Below are positions 8,686 to 18,227 of a DNA stretch of 64,000 bases, one piece after another. Both the position numbers and the translations under genes were made by a program. The notes beneath the pieces were generated by a model. It had not been told where the DNA came from. It did no database searches and worked only from the letters and a program-made list of their open reading frames with translations. The stretch is from Anaerolineae bacterium (lineage in GTDB: Bacteria; Chloroflexota; Anaerolineae; Aggregatilineales; UBA3940), in assembly GCA_034435035.1 (NCBI GenBank), contig DAOTXW010000081.1, positions 72,580-136,579 on the forward strand, read 5' to 3'. The stretch's first letter is position 1. Each line of letters begins with the position of its first letter.

Positions 8686-10281
8686 CTATTCGAGATAGCC
8701 AAGCCCGCGCAGACGATCCAGCAGTTCAGGGTTGTGGCTGTAGTCGATCTCACGGCCCGCAGCGGTGCCATCGCGGTGCGCAGTGGCCATAACTGCGAAC
8801 TCTTCAAGCGCGTGCTCCAGCCTCAGCACCTCGTTCTCGTAGCCGGACGGGTTGTTCAGCAGGTTGGTAAGCTCCTCATAGTCATGCTGCACATCAAAGA
8901 ACTCGTCCGGCCGATCATCCACCGTCATCAGCTTGTGGCCGTCTGAGTAGATCGCGCGGCGCAACTTGCGGACCCGGAAGCGCTCAATCGCCTCCGGGTT
9001 GTTCATCGCCATCACATTCAGGAAGTTCAGCGGCGGGTACGCCTCTGACACGACAACCTCATCAGCGGGTTCCCTGCCACGCCCCTCGACCGCACGGGCC
9101 AGACTCAGATCATGAACGCTGTGCCCGAACGCCTCGTGCTCGATGCCCGCGGCCTCCAGGATGGTGTGGAAGATGCGCCGGGTGGAGACCTCGTGCTCCA
9201 CACGTACATTGGCCGGGAACATCTCGGGGTAATGCACCAGGAGCGGGACGCGCACCAGCTCGTTGTAGATCACGAAGGCGTGCCCCATGAAATCGTGCTC
9301 GCCGTGGCTCTCACCATGATCGGACACCACTACGACCATGGTATTCTCAAGCTGCCCGGAGCGCTTCAAGTAGCGGAACACCCGCTGCAGCTGACGATCC
9401 TGATAGGCTACTTCGGCGTCGTAGACATCGTTCAGGACGTGGCGCTGCAGGTCTGTCAGAGGCTCAATCATCGGCGCCACCCAGCGATACGATTCGACAT
9501 TGAAACGCTGCAGGAAGTCGCGGGCCTCGCGGTCGCGCTTCAGGTAAGGTACCCAGCGATCCAGTGCCTGTCGCGGCGGGTAGTAAGGCAGATGAGTCTC
9601 CATCATGTTGATGAAAATGAACAGCGGGCGCTCAGGGTACGTACCCACGTGGTAGTGCAGATAGTCCGTAACATCCTTGAGCGACTGGTGGGTATCGCCC
9701 TTGAACTTGCCCAGCCGTGTCCAGAATGGCACAAAGAGGGGCATCATGGCGAGCTTGAGCAGCAGAGGTGACTCGCCAAAGCGGCGCTCGATGGGGATGG
9801 AAACTTTCTGCAGCAGGTTGGTGAGCGAATGCTTGGCCCGTTTGAGCACCGAGGCATTCGGCCCGATAGTGGGAACATCCGGGAAGGTGCCGCTGTAGTT
9901 GTAGAAATGCTTAAACCCACGCCTCAGCCCATTGTCCAGCAGGCCAACCAGCGGATTGTTGCAGAAGCCAACCGTGTCATAGCCGTTGTGCGCCAGCATC
10001 TCCGCCAGGGTGGGCAGCGCTTCCGGGATGCTGGCAAAGGACTGGTTTGTCTGATGAACGGTAGGATACAGGCCGGTGAACATCGAAGAATGGGAGGGGA
10101 TGGTCCAGGGTGCGGTCGAGATGCCCCAGTCGAAAACGGTCGCGGTCTCGGCCAGGCGGCCCAGAGTGGGCGTCAGATCCTTGCCGTATCCATAAATGGA
10201 CATCCGCTCTGCGCGGTGCGTATCCAGGACCAGCAAGATGATATTGGGTTTACGTTTCGTCATGGCCCCCCCTGGCTGCAT
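8686..10281 (-). CDS. Sulfatase-family (alkaline-phosphatase superfamily) protein without the Cys/Ser-x-Pro-x-Arg formylglycine motif
   Basis: N-terminal KPNIILLVLDTHRAERM (metal-binding Asp region) and HGESHGEH-type motif SDHGESHGEHDFMGH. At the nucleophile position the sequence is PWTIPSHSSMFTG, i.e. T-x-P-x-H instead of C/S-x-P-x-R. No signal peptide is seen. Confidence 0.75.
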   Translation of the reverse strand: MQPGGAMTKRKPNIILLVLDTHRAERMSIYGYGKDLTPTLGRLAETATVFDWGISTAPWTIPSHSSMFTGLYPTVHQTNQSFASIPEALPTLAEMLAHNGYDTVGFCNNPLVGLLDNGLRRGFKHFYNYSGTFPDVPTIGPNASVLKRAKHSLTNLLQKVSIPIERRFGESPLLLKLAMMPLFVPFWTRLGKFKGDTHQSLKDVTDYLHYHVGTYPERPLFIFINMMETHLPYYPPRQALDRWVPYLKRDREARDFLQRFNVESYRWVAPMIEPLTDLQRHVLNDVYDAEVAYQDRQLQRVFRYLKRSGQLENTMVVVVSDHGESHGEHDFMGHAFVIYNELVRVPLLVHYPEMFPANVRVEHEVSTRRIFHTILEAAGIEHEAFGHSVHDLSLARAVEGRGREPADEVVVSEAYPPLNFLNVMAMNNPEAIERFRVRKLRRAIYSDGHKLMTVDDRPDEFFDVQHDYEELTNLLNNPSGYENEVLRLEHALEEFAVMATAHRDGTAAGREIDYSHNPELLDRLRGLGYLE

Positions 10282-10439
10282 AGCAACCTGCAGGTTTTAT
10301 TGTAGCGCATGACGGCCGCTTTGGCACCTGCCGGGAATGCAGCCCCGCCTGCACCAGCCCCCGGCAGCGCGGCGGGTTTGCATCCAGCACTGGCAGCGCC
10401 ACAGGCACCGCGGTATACTGGTGTTCAGCAAACTGAAAA

Positions 10440-10552
10440 CAACACAGGGGAGTCTGGGAGAGCCAGGCTGAGAGGATGCCCCCGGACGTGAGCGCGTCCG
10501 CCGGTATCGACCCTTGCAACCTGATCCGGATCATGCCGGCGGAGGGAGTGTG
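10440..10552 (+). promoter_or_regulatory. TPP (THI-box) riboswitch
   Basis: Conserved elements are present: cagggg...ggctgagag (ctgaga at 10468-10473) and cccttgcaacctgatccggatcatgccggcggaggga (10511-10547). A downstream helix cagccact (10570-10577) / agtggctg (10590-10597) covers the GGGGA/GTG start region of the next gene. Confidence 0.85.
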
Positions 10553-10590
10553 CGACCGATAAAGACTGACAGCCACTTCCTGCCCGGGGA

Positions 10591-11262
10591 GTGGCTGTTG
10601 CACTTATGGACAATCGAGCGATCGTGCTGGCAAACGGCGATATCGGCGACGCAGCGCTGATGCGGGCGCGGCTGGCTGGATGGGAGGATGCGCTGGTCAT
10701 CGGGGCCGATGCCGGCAGCCACTATGCAAGCCTGCTCGGCCTGCGGCTGGATGTGGCGATCGGGGATTTCGATTCGCTGGGCGCGGAAGGGCGTGCCGCG
10801 CTGGAAGCCCAGGGAGTCCGGACGGAAGCAGCCCCGGTTGAGAAGGACGAGACCGATCTGGAGCTGGCGCTGTTGTACGCCGCCGGCTGGGGCGCGATCC
10901 AGATTGTGATCCTGGGTGCCACCGGCGGCCGCATCGATATGAACCTCGCGAATATGCTGCTGCTGGCTCACCCGGAGCTGGCCGACATTCGCGTCGAACT
11001 GTGGCATGGGCGCCAGACCGCCTGGCTCATACGCCCGCCGGGCGGGGAAGTTCACGGGCAGGCCGGCGATACAGTCTCGCTGATCGCTATCGGTGGCAGG
11101 GCGGCAGACATGCGGACGGATAATTTCATTTACCCCCTGCATGGAGAAACGCTGCCCTTCGGCCCAGCGCGCGGCGTAAGCAACATCATGACCGCCCGGA
11201 CCGCGCGTATCATGTTCTCTGAAGGGCTGGTGCTGGCCGTCCACACCCCCGGACGGGCGTAG
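10591..11262 (+). CDS. thiN: Thiamine pyrophosphokinase
   Basis: AIVLANGD, GADAGSHY...VAIGDFDSL, EKDETDLELALLYA and a C-terminal TPK B1-binding-like domain. Start is GTG 10591 (inside the riboswitch expression-platform helix) or ATG 10606. Confidence 0.8.
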   Translation: MAVALMDNRAIVLANGDIGDAALMRARLAGWEDALVIGADAGSHYASLLGLRLDVAIGDFDSLGAEGRAALEAQGVRTEAAPVEKDETDLELALLYAAGWGAIQIVILGATGGRIDMNLANMLLLAHPELADIRVELWHGRQTAWLIRPPGGEVHGQAGDTVSLIAIGGRAADMRTDNFIYPLHGETLPFGPARGVSNIMTARTARIMFSEGLVLAVHTPGRA

Positions 11263-11276
11263 CGGAGCAAGATCGA

Positions 11277-12113
11277 ATGATCACCACGCCGCTGGCTAAC
11301 TCCAACACGACCGCAGGGCGTCTTGCCGACTGGACGCGCAGCCTTGCGCCTCCTGCTGCGCTGATTTTCCTGCTGCTGGCGGCCTGGCACAGTACGGCCC
11401 AGGTCAGTGGACTGCCTGCTTTCATCCTCCCCGGCCCCCGGCAAGTGATCGCGGCGGGGTGGGAGACCCGGGCGCTGCTGGCCGAGGCGATCGGGGTGAC
11501 TCTGCTGGAAACCGCGCTGGGGCTGACGATTGCGCTGGGGCTGGCCACGGCCATCGCGGCTGTGATGGATCTCTCCTCCCTGGTCAAGCGGGCGCTGTAT
11601 CCAATCCTGGTCGCCTCGCAGACGGTGCAGATCCTGGCTATCGCCCCGCTGCTGATCATCTGGTTTGGCTTTGGCCTTACGCCCAAAGTGATCGTGGTAG
11701 TGCTGGTCTGCTTCTTCCCAATGGCGGTCAGCACAGCCGATGGCCTTGCCTCCGCCGACCCGGACCTGATCGCGCTGCTGAGGGCGATGGGCGCTGGCCG
11801 GGGCCAGACATGGCGGCTGGTGCGGCTGCCGGCTGCCCTGCCGTCTTTCTTTTCCGGGCTGCGGGTGGCCGTCACCTACAGCGTGGTAGGAGCCACTATC
11901 GCCGAATGGGTGGGCGGCTCGGCAGGGCTGGGGTTGTACATGCTGCGCTCCAAGAACGCGCTGCAAACGGATCAGGTATTTGTCGGCATGGTCATTACTA
12001 CCGCACTGAGCATCGGGCTGTTCGTCCTGGTGGCGCTCATCGAGCGGGCTGCCCTGCCCTGGTACTACTCCGCTCAGCGGGTGGAACAGTGGGAAGAAAG
12101 CGGGATCTACTGA
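11277..12113 (+). CDS. thiX: ABC transporter permease (NitT/TauT-type, ThiX-like)
   Basis: Six-TM BPD-type permease with EAA-loop-like LLRAMGAGRGQTWRLVRLPAALP. Lies in an operon with a THI5/NMT1-like binding protein under a TPP riboswitch. Confidence 0.7.
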   Translation: MITTPLANSNTTAGRLADWTRSLAPPAALIFLLLAAWHSTAQVSGLPAFILPGPRQVIAAGWETRALLAEAIGVTLLETALGLTIALGLATAIAAVMDLSSLVKRALYPILVASQTVQILAIAPLLIIWFGFGLTPKVIVVVLVCFFPMAVSTADGLASADPDLIALLRAMGAGRGQTWRLVRLPAALPSFFSGLRVAVTYSVVGATIAEWVGGSAGLGLYMLRSKNALQTDQVFVGMVITTALSIGLFVLVALIERAALPWYYSAQRVEQWEESGIY

Positions 12114-12160
12114 GAGAAGGATACCGGCTCTGCCGGGCAGGATAAGCAGGAGGTGGAACA

Positions 12161-13162
12161 ATGCTTGAACTGAACACACACCGGATGCGGATGCTGGCGG
12201 CAGCAGCGCTGGTCAGCCTGACGCTGGTTGCCTGCGGCGCAGGTACCGCGCCCGCCGGGGAATTGACCCCGGTTACCCTGATGCTGGACTGGGTCCCCAA
12301 TGTGAACCATACGGGCATCTTCGTCGCGCAGACGCTTGGCTACTTCGAGGAAGCGGGGCTGGCAGTCGAGATCGTCCAGCCGGGCGAGGTCTACGCTGAG
12401 CAGGCCGTCGCCAGCGGCGCCGCCGACTTTGGCATCAGCTTTCAAGAACAGGTGACGCTGGCCCGTGCTGACGAGGTGCCGCTGGTCTCGGTGGCCGCGA
12501 TCATCCAGCATAACACGTCAGGCTTTGCGGCGCGGGCCGGCGAGGGCATCGCGACGCCGGCGGACTGGGGCGGCCTGCGCTATGGATCGTTCGGCAGCCC
12601 GTTCGAGGCGCCTACACTGCAGGCCCTGATGGCCTGCGCCGGCGGCGACTTCGGACAGTTGGAGATCGTCGAGACGGGTTTTGCCGACCCGCTGGCCCTT
12701 CTCAGCGAGAAGCAAATTGACCTGGCCTGGATCTTCTACGGCACGCAGGGCGTCGCCGCTGAGCAGCAGGGCATCGCCCTGGAAGTTGTGATGCTGGCGG
12801 ATTATGGAGACTGCATTCCCGACTACTACACGCCGGTGCTGATCACCAGCGAGGCAGTCATCGCGCAGAACCCGGAGCGGGTGCGGGCGTTCGTCGGCGC
12901 CGTGGCGCAGGGCTACGACTATGCCATCCGCAACCCGCAGGAGGCAGCGGCGATCCTGCTTGAGCAGACCCCCGAGTCGGGTGAGGCGCTGCTGGAGGCC
13001 AGCCAGGAATGGCTGTCACCCCGCTATCAGGCGGATGCGCCGCGCTGGGGCGAGCAGAAGCTGGAAGTGTGGCAGGCGTACTCTGAGTGGATGGCCGCGC
13101 AAGGACTGATCGCCGAGCCGATTGACGCGGCGGCTGCGTTCACCAACGAGTTTCTTCCGTGA
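12161..13162 (+). CDS. thiY: THI5/NMT1-like ABC substrate-binding lipoprotein (ThiY-like, HMP/thiamine-precursor binding)
   Basis: Lipobox LTLVAC in the signal peptide. LMLDWVPNVNHTGIFVAQTLGYFEEAGL is typical of the NMT1/THI5 family. Confidence 0.7.
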   Translation: MLELNTHRMRMLAAAALVSLTLVACGAGTAPAGELTPVTLMLDWVPNVNHTGIFVAQTLGYFEEAGLAVEIVQPGEVYAEQAVASGAADFGISFQEQVTLARADEVPLVSVAAIIQHNTSGFAARAGEGIATPADWGGLRYGSFGSPFEAPTLQALMACAGGDFGQLEIVETGFADPLALLSEKQIDLAWIFYGTQGVAAEQQGIALEVVMLADYGDCIPDYYTPVLITSEAVIAQNPERVRAFVGAVAQGYDYAIRNPQEAAAILLEQTPESGEALLEASQEWLSPRYQADAPRWGEQKLEVWQAYSEWMAAQGLIAEPIDAAAAFTNEFLP

Positions 13163-13932
13163 CGCCTGCCGCCGTGCCCAAGATCGAGCTGTGCGCCGTC
13201 AGCAAGGCATTTCACTCCGGCGGCGCCAGCGTGCTGGCACTGGAGGAGGTCTCGCTGACCGTCATGCCCGGCGAGTTTGTGACGGTGATCGGGCCCTCGG
13301 GCAGCGGCAAGAGCACCCTGTTCAACCTGATCGTCGGCCTGCTGGAACCTGACAGCGGCGAAATCTGCCTGGATGGCGAGGTATGCCGGGATCGGGTGGG
13401 GCGCATCGGCTACATGCCCCAGAAGGACCTGCTGCTGCCCTGGCGCACGGTGCTCGATAACGTCGTCCTGCCGCTGGAGCTGCGGGGAGCCTCACGCGCA
13501 GCAGCCCGCGAGCGCGCCCGCGAGCTGCTGCCGCTTTTCGGTCTGGAGGGCTTCGCTGGCGCCTACCCCGCCACACTATCCGGGGGGATGCGCCAGCGAG
13601 CCGCACTGCTGCGCACGATCCTGACAGAACGCGACACGCTGCTGCTCGATGAGCCGTTCGGGGCGCTGGACGCGCTGACCCGCCGCGATCTTCAGGATTG
13701 GCTGCTGAGCGTCTGGGGTCGCTTCGGGCAGACGATCGTCTTTGTGACGCATGATGTCGAGGAGGCCCTGTATCTGGGCGACCGGGTCATCGTGCTCAGC
13801 AGCCGACCAGGCCGGGTAGCGCGCACGCTGCAAGTCGATCTCCCGCATCCCCGCCGCCGCGGTATGATCGCCTGGACACGCTTCGGTGAGCAGATGACAG
13901 AGCTGCTGGATGCGCTCGGAATCGAGGTATGA
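13159..13932 (+). CDS. thiZ: ABC transporter ATP-binding protein (ThiZ-like)
   Basis: Walker A GPSGSGKST, signature LSGGMRQRAALLRTI, Walker B LLLDEPFGALD. GTGA overlap with the upstream gene (13159-13162). Confidence 0.75.
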   Translation: MTPAAVPKIELCAVSKAFHSGGASVLALEEVSLTVMPGEFVTVIGPSGSGKSTLFNLIVGLLEPDSGEICLDGEVCRDRVGRIGYMPQKDLLLPWRTVLDNVVLPLELRGASRAAARERARELLPLFGLEGFAGAYPATLSGGMRQRAALLRTILTERDTLLLDEPFGALDALTRRDLQDWLLSVWGRFGQTIVFVTHDVEEALYLGDRVIVLSSRPGRVARTLQVDLPHPRRRGMIAWTRFGEQMTELLDALGIEV

Positions 13933-13933
13933 C

Positions 13934-14407
13934 ATGAGCGGCGAATCCATCCTTGTCATCAAGAACGATCACACCGGACGCGAAGTCTGGCGATACGAGG
14001 GCATCGTGCTGGAACGCGGCCTGACTCACGTGACGCTGGAAGCATTCTTCAACCGTGAAGATCGGGATGATGGCTACGTGATCTGGCGGCGCGGCGACCG
14101 CTTCATCGAGCACTTTTACAGCGACCGCTGGTATAACATCTTTGAGGTACATGACGTGACCGACGACCGCATCAAGGGCTGGTACTGCAACCTGACCCGC
14201 CCGGCCCGCATCCGCGATGGCACGGTTGCCGCCGACGATCTGTCGCTGGATGTCTGGATCGATCCGGATGGACGCACGCTGATCATGGACGAGGATGAAT
14301 ACACGGCGCTGCCGCTGACTGCCGCGGAGCGGGAGGCGGTTCAGGATGCGCTCGCCGATCTGCTGGCGCAGGCGCAGGCCGGCAGCCCGCCCTTCGCCGC
14401 CGGCTGA
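13934..14407 (+). CDS. DUF402 domain protein (Ntdp/FomD-like nucleoside di/triphosphatase family)
   Basis: YSDRWYNIFEVHD...GWYCNLTRP...DLSLDVWIDPDG pattern. The ATG at 13934 lies 1 nt after the upstream stop. Confidence 0.65.
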   Translation: MSGESILVIKNDHTGREVWRYEGIVLERGLTHVTLEAFFNREDRDDGYVIWRRGDRFIEHFYSDRWYNIFEVHDVTDDRIKGWYCNLTRPARIRDGTVAADDLSLDVWIDPDGRTLIMDEDEYTALPLTAAEREAVQDALADLLAQAQAGSPPFAAG

Positions 14408-14501
14408 GCGCCCGGCCAGCGGGATGGCACAGGGGCAGGCACAGCTGTATCAGGGCACCGCCGGCCTGCCCCCGCTGACCGCCAGGGAAGCCCCGCCGAT
14501 G

Positions 14502-15104
14502 CTACGAGCGGGTTGCGGCGCGCTCAGCGCGGCGGATGCGCCAGCGCAGGAAGATCACAATCCCGATGGCTGCCACCAGCATGATCATGCCGGGCAGCAG
14601 GATCGCCAGCAGCGAGGTGACGGCGGACACCACATCCTCAATGGTGCTGACCACCGGGTTGCCAATGCCCGCAGTGGTCGCCGTCACCACCGGGCGGGCG
14701 GTCGTCTTGGCGGCATGCACGCCGCCGGCAACCAGCAGCCCCAGGATGATGGACAGCACCGGGCTGAGATCGGTCACCACATTGGCGCTGGCGGCGAACA
14801 GCACGGCCCCCGCCGCCGGCCTGATGAGGGTATTGATGATATCGTTCACCGTATCCAGCGCCGGGACCTTATCGACAAAAATCTCGATCAGCGTCAGGAC
14901 GATCAGCACGCCGATCACCCACCAGCTGGTCATGACATCAAACGGCTCATTCAGCTGGAATACCCCGATTTTGGCCGCTACCGACACAATCAGCAGCGGG
15001 ATATAGGCATTCAGCCCGGCGCTGGCCGAAAGCCCAAAAGCTGAGAATACCGACGCGACTCCTCCCATTCCAGTGCCTCCCATTCTGGCTGCGAGCACAA
15101 TCAT
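14502..15104 (-). CDS. DUF4126-like integral membrane protein
   Basis: FGLSASAGLNAYIPLLIVSVAAK...IEIFVDKVPALDTVNDIINTLIRPAAGAVL pattern. The start is ambiguous: ATG 15104 or 15068 (both with SD-like GAGG/GGGAGG), or the track start 15161. Confidence 0.55.
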   Translation of the reverse strand: MIVLAARMGGTGMGGVASVFSAFGLSASAGLNAYIPLLIVSVAAKIGVFQLNEPFDVMTSWWVIGVLIVLTLIEIFVDKVPALDTVNDIINTLIRPAAGAVLFAASANVVTDLSPVLSIILGLLVAGGVHAAKTTARPVVTATTAGIGNPVVSTIEDVVSAVTSLLAILLPGMIMLVAAIGIVIFLRWRIRRAERAATRS

Positions 15105-15266
15105 GCCCGCCTCTGCATGCCGGATCGCACACAGCACCCTATCTACCAAATAATAACGCAAAACACCTGTTCGTGGTTGCCGGGCGCGCCCGCTGCGCGC
15201 ATGGGCGGGGCGGAGGCGCCTCTCTGATTTCTCCGGTCTGACAGCCAGGCTGATGCAGGATGCAGC

Positions 15267-18227
15267 TCAGGGCTCCAGCAGCAGACCCTCCAGCAGGATG
15301 CGATCGTCAATGGCCGTGCCGCCGGCATCGACCACCGGCAGCCGGGTGTTGGTCGCCAGCAGGTACACGCCGATCTCAAGCTGATAGGAGCCGGGCGGGG
15401 CATCCGCATCCAGCGGTACAGCATACCGATCGCTGATGCGCTCACCAGGCGGCCAGGTGGAGGTAGGGTAGGTTCCCTGCACCGGCCAGGCATCGATCTG
15501 CCCGTGCACCCGGCCGTCGGGGCCCAGCAGATGCACGAAGACGGTATAGTCCTGATCCATCCGGGCCAGCCCCTGCCATGTCAGGGTGACCTCCACGATC
15601 TGGCCCGGCTGCAGCCTGCCGGCTTCAAAGCTGACAGCTTCCAGCAGCATCCGGTTGTCGAAGTTGGCGATGGCCTGGGCTGTGGCGCTTCCGGCCAGCG
15701 TGGTGCGGGCCAGCTCACAGCGATCGCGCAGCGGCTGGAGCCAGCCGCAGCGGAGCGGCCCACCTGCGATCTGCCAGATCACCACCGCGGGATCGCCCTC
15801 ACCGCGGGCAGCGGCCAACCGTGCCGGGCTGCCGGGCAGCTCGCCGCCCGAGACGGCATCTCCGGTCCACGCTGCCGCTACCTCGCGATCCAGCTCCGGG
15901 GTCCGCCAGCCCGCCGACAGCCGGATCACGCCGCCCTCCGGCGCACGCTCCGGGGCCTGCGTGAACAGCAGCACGCCGCCCGGCGCCGCGATGGACGACC
16001 GCCGGCCCCGGGACTCCAGCCGCCCGCCTGGCAGCACCACTTCCAGGGCGGCTGCCGTCGCCCACTCTGACCCATCTCTCAGCAGGATGCTGTCCGGCGA
16101 GAAAGGCGGCCCCAGCCCCACTTGCAGGCGGTAGCTGCCCGGGGGCAGCCACCCCGGCACGGGGATGGCCGTGAAGTCAGGGATGATCTCGCCGTCTTTC
16201 CATGCCACCGGCGGGTACCGCCCACTGACAGGGTAGGCTGGCTGTCCCTGCCAGACGACCTGCCCATCGGCATCAACCAGCCGCTGTCGCATGTGAACGT
16301 TATCGGTCAGGCCGGCAGCCCCCTGCCAGTAGAGGGTGACCCATGCATCCTCGCCGGCGAGGACCGGAGCGGCGGGCAGTTCAGCGCCCAGCAGAACGAT
16401 CCCGTTCTGCCATTCCGCCGGCGTGCCCGACAGGTCAGGGACGACCCGCAGCGGCGCAGCGCTCACTTCCACCAGCGGCCCCATTGCGCGCAGATGGTAG
16501 GTTCCCTCCAGCCCCGGCAGGAAGCGGGCCAGGTATACCGTCTGCCCGGCCGCCAGCCGCTCCCGCAGGTCAACCTGATACTCGGCCTCTGTGCCCAGCA
16601 CCACCACCTCGATATCCGGCCGCAGCCCCTCGATGCGGTGCAGGTATTCCAGGGGGGCCACCTTCTCGCTGTCAGCCAGAATCGCGGCGTCGGCATCCAG
16701 CGGCAGCGCCAGCACGCGCCGCCCCCACGCCTCCAGCGCCTGCTCGTCCGACCAGTCAAACGTGGGGCCGGTCGTCCACACTGCCTGCAGCGGCAGCCAT
16801 GCCAGAAGCGTCAGGGCCGCCGCCTGCAGCCACAACGAGAGCGCCTTCGGGCTGCGCCGTGACATCAGCTCGATCAGCACGCCCGCAGCATAGCCAATCC
16901 AGATCGCCTGCAGTAAAAACAGCGGGATCAGGAAGACTCCGATATCCGGTACCAGGTAGTTCAGGCCATAGAAGAAGTATGCGGCAAACGCCAGCGCCAT
17001 CACCAGCGCCGCCTGCCAGCGGCGTGCCGCCAGCAGAGCCAGCCCGCAAGCGGATGCAATCAGGCCCGGCCAGCCCATCTGCGCCAGCAGCAGCCGCGCC
17101 ACGATCCGCCAGCGTTCTGGATCATCCAGCCAGGCTCGCATCTGCAATGCGCCGCTGAAGCGGCTGCCGCTCACCCAGCCGATGAACTCATCGGGACGCA
17201 TCAGGCGTCCATCGTGCAAGGCCGGCCAGCGCAGCGGAATATACAGGTACACCAGCAGCCCGGCGATCAGAGCACCACCGGCCAGCGCCCACTGGCGCAG
17301 CGTCAGGCGCTGATGCGCCAGCGCCACGGCCACTGCCGGCAGCAGCAGCACCGTCGTGAGGTGGTTGGTGAGGCTCAGCCCGATCAGCCCACCCAGCAGG
17401 ATCACGCGCTGCGGGGAACTGCCGCCGGCGAGCAGGCTCAGGCTCAAGCCCAGAATGGCCGCTGCAAAGGCGTTGTGAAGCGCGTACACTTCGGCGATTA
17501 CCGCCTGGCTCCAGAAGATGGGGCTAAACGCAAAGGTCAGTGCCGCCAGGCCGGCGGGGATCGGTTCGATGCCCAGGATGCAGCGCAGAACCAGATACAG
17601 GGCAATCACGGCCGCTGCCGCGGCGGCAGCCGAGGTCGTGTTGACGGCCACTGCCGCGCTCCCCGGGATAGCCAGACTGAACAGCTTTCCGAGCAGGATG
17701 TACAGCGGGTAGCCGGTCGGGTGAGCCACGCCCAACACCGGGGCCGTTACCTGAAACTCGAAGGTATCCGCGCGGCCGATGGTGCGCTGGAGCGTGATCA
17801 GGTAGGCTGCCAGTGTCGTCGCGCCCACCAGCGCCGCCTCCCGGCGCGCCTGCCGATGAGAGAGCCAATCAGCAGGAGGCAGCGCCAGCGCCGCGCTCAG
17901 CGCCAGCGCTCCGCCGATCAGAATGGCGCCGCGCAGCGGGTTGACGGCATCGGGTGGGGCCAGCAGGTACGGCCAGATCAGGACAGCCGGCAGCAGCGAG
18001 GCGAGCGGCAGGTGGCGGCGGAGCAGTTCCACCAGTGCCCCCAAGACCGCTCCGGCAGCCGCTAACGCCAGCACCACTCCGGGTGCGCCCAGCCCGGCGA
18101 AGCGCAGCGGGGCAGCCTCATAGAGCAGGCGGGAAAGCCCGGCGGCCAGCGTGCCGCCGGCCAGCGCAGCGGCCAGAGTCTCACCAGCCCGGCGGAACCA
18201 GCTCGCAGCGCGGGCGCCAGGTTTCAT
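15267..18227 (-). CDS. DUF2723/TMEM260-like GT-C-fold membrane glycosyltransferase with an N-terminal TM extension and two copies of a C-terminal beta-rich module
   Basis: GRADTFEFQVTAPVLGVAHPTGYPLYILLGKLFS matches the DUF2723 signature (D/E..E/F...LGxAHPxGYPLY). More than 12 predicted TM segments. C-terminal modules occur around aa 640-740 and 875-986. ATGA overlap with the mrdA stop at 18224-18227. Confidence 0.75.
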   Translation of the reverse strand: MKPGARAASWFRRAGETLAAALAGGTLAAGLSRLLYEAAPLRFAGLGAPGVVLALAAAGAVLGALVELLRRHLPLASLLPAVLIWPYLLAPPDAVNPLRGAILIGGALALSAALALPPADWLSHRQARREAALVGATTLAAYLITLQRTIGRADTFEFQVTAPVLGVAHPTGYPLYILLGKLFSLAIPGSAAVAVNTTSAAAAAAAVIALYLVLRCILGIEPIPAGLAALTFAFSPIFWSQAVIAEVYALHNAFAAAILGLSLSLLAGGSSPQRVILLGGLIGLSLTNHLTTVLLLPAVAVALAHQRLTLRQWALAGGALIAGLLVYLYIPLRWPALHDGRLMRPDEFIGWVSGSRFSGALQMRAWLDDPERWRIVARLLLAQMGWPGLIASACGLALLAARRWQAALVMALAFAAYFFYGLNYLVPDIGVFLIPLFLLQAIWIGYAAGVLIELMSRRSPKALSLWLQAAALTLLAWLPLQAVWTTGPTFDWSDEQALEAWGRRVLALPLDADAAILADSEKVAPLEYLHRIEGLRPDIEVVVLGTEAEYQVDLRERLAAGQTVYLARFLPGLEGTYHLRAMGPLVEVSAAPLRVVPDLSGTPAEWQNGIVLLGAELPAAPVLAGEDAWVTLYWQGAAGLTDNVHMRQRLVDADGQVVWQGQPAYPVSGRYPPVAWKDGEIIPDFTAIPVPGWLPPGSYRLQVGLGPPFSPDSILLRDGSEWATAAALEVVLPGGRLESRGRRSSIAAPGGVLLFTQAPERAPEGGVIRLSAGWRTPELDREVAAAWTGDAVSGGELPGSPARLAAARGEGDPAVVIWQIAGGPLRCGWLQPLRDRCELARTTLAGSATAQAIANFDNRMLLEAVSFEAGRLQPGQIVEVTLTWQGLARMDQDYTVFVHLLGPDGRVHGQIDAWPVQGTYPTSTWPPGERISDRYAVPLDADAPPGSYQLEIGVYLLATNTRLPVVDAGGTAIDDRILLEGLLLEP

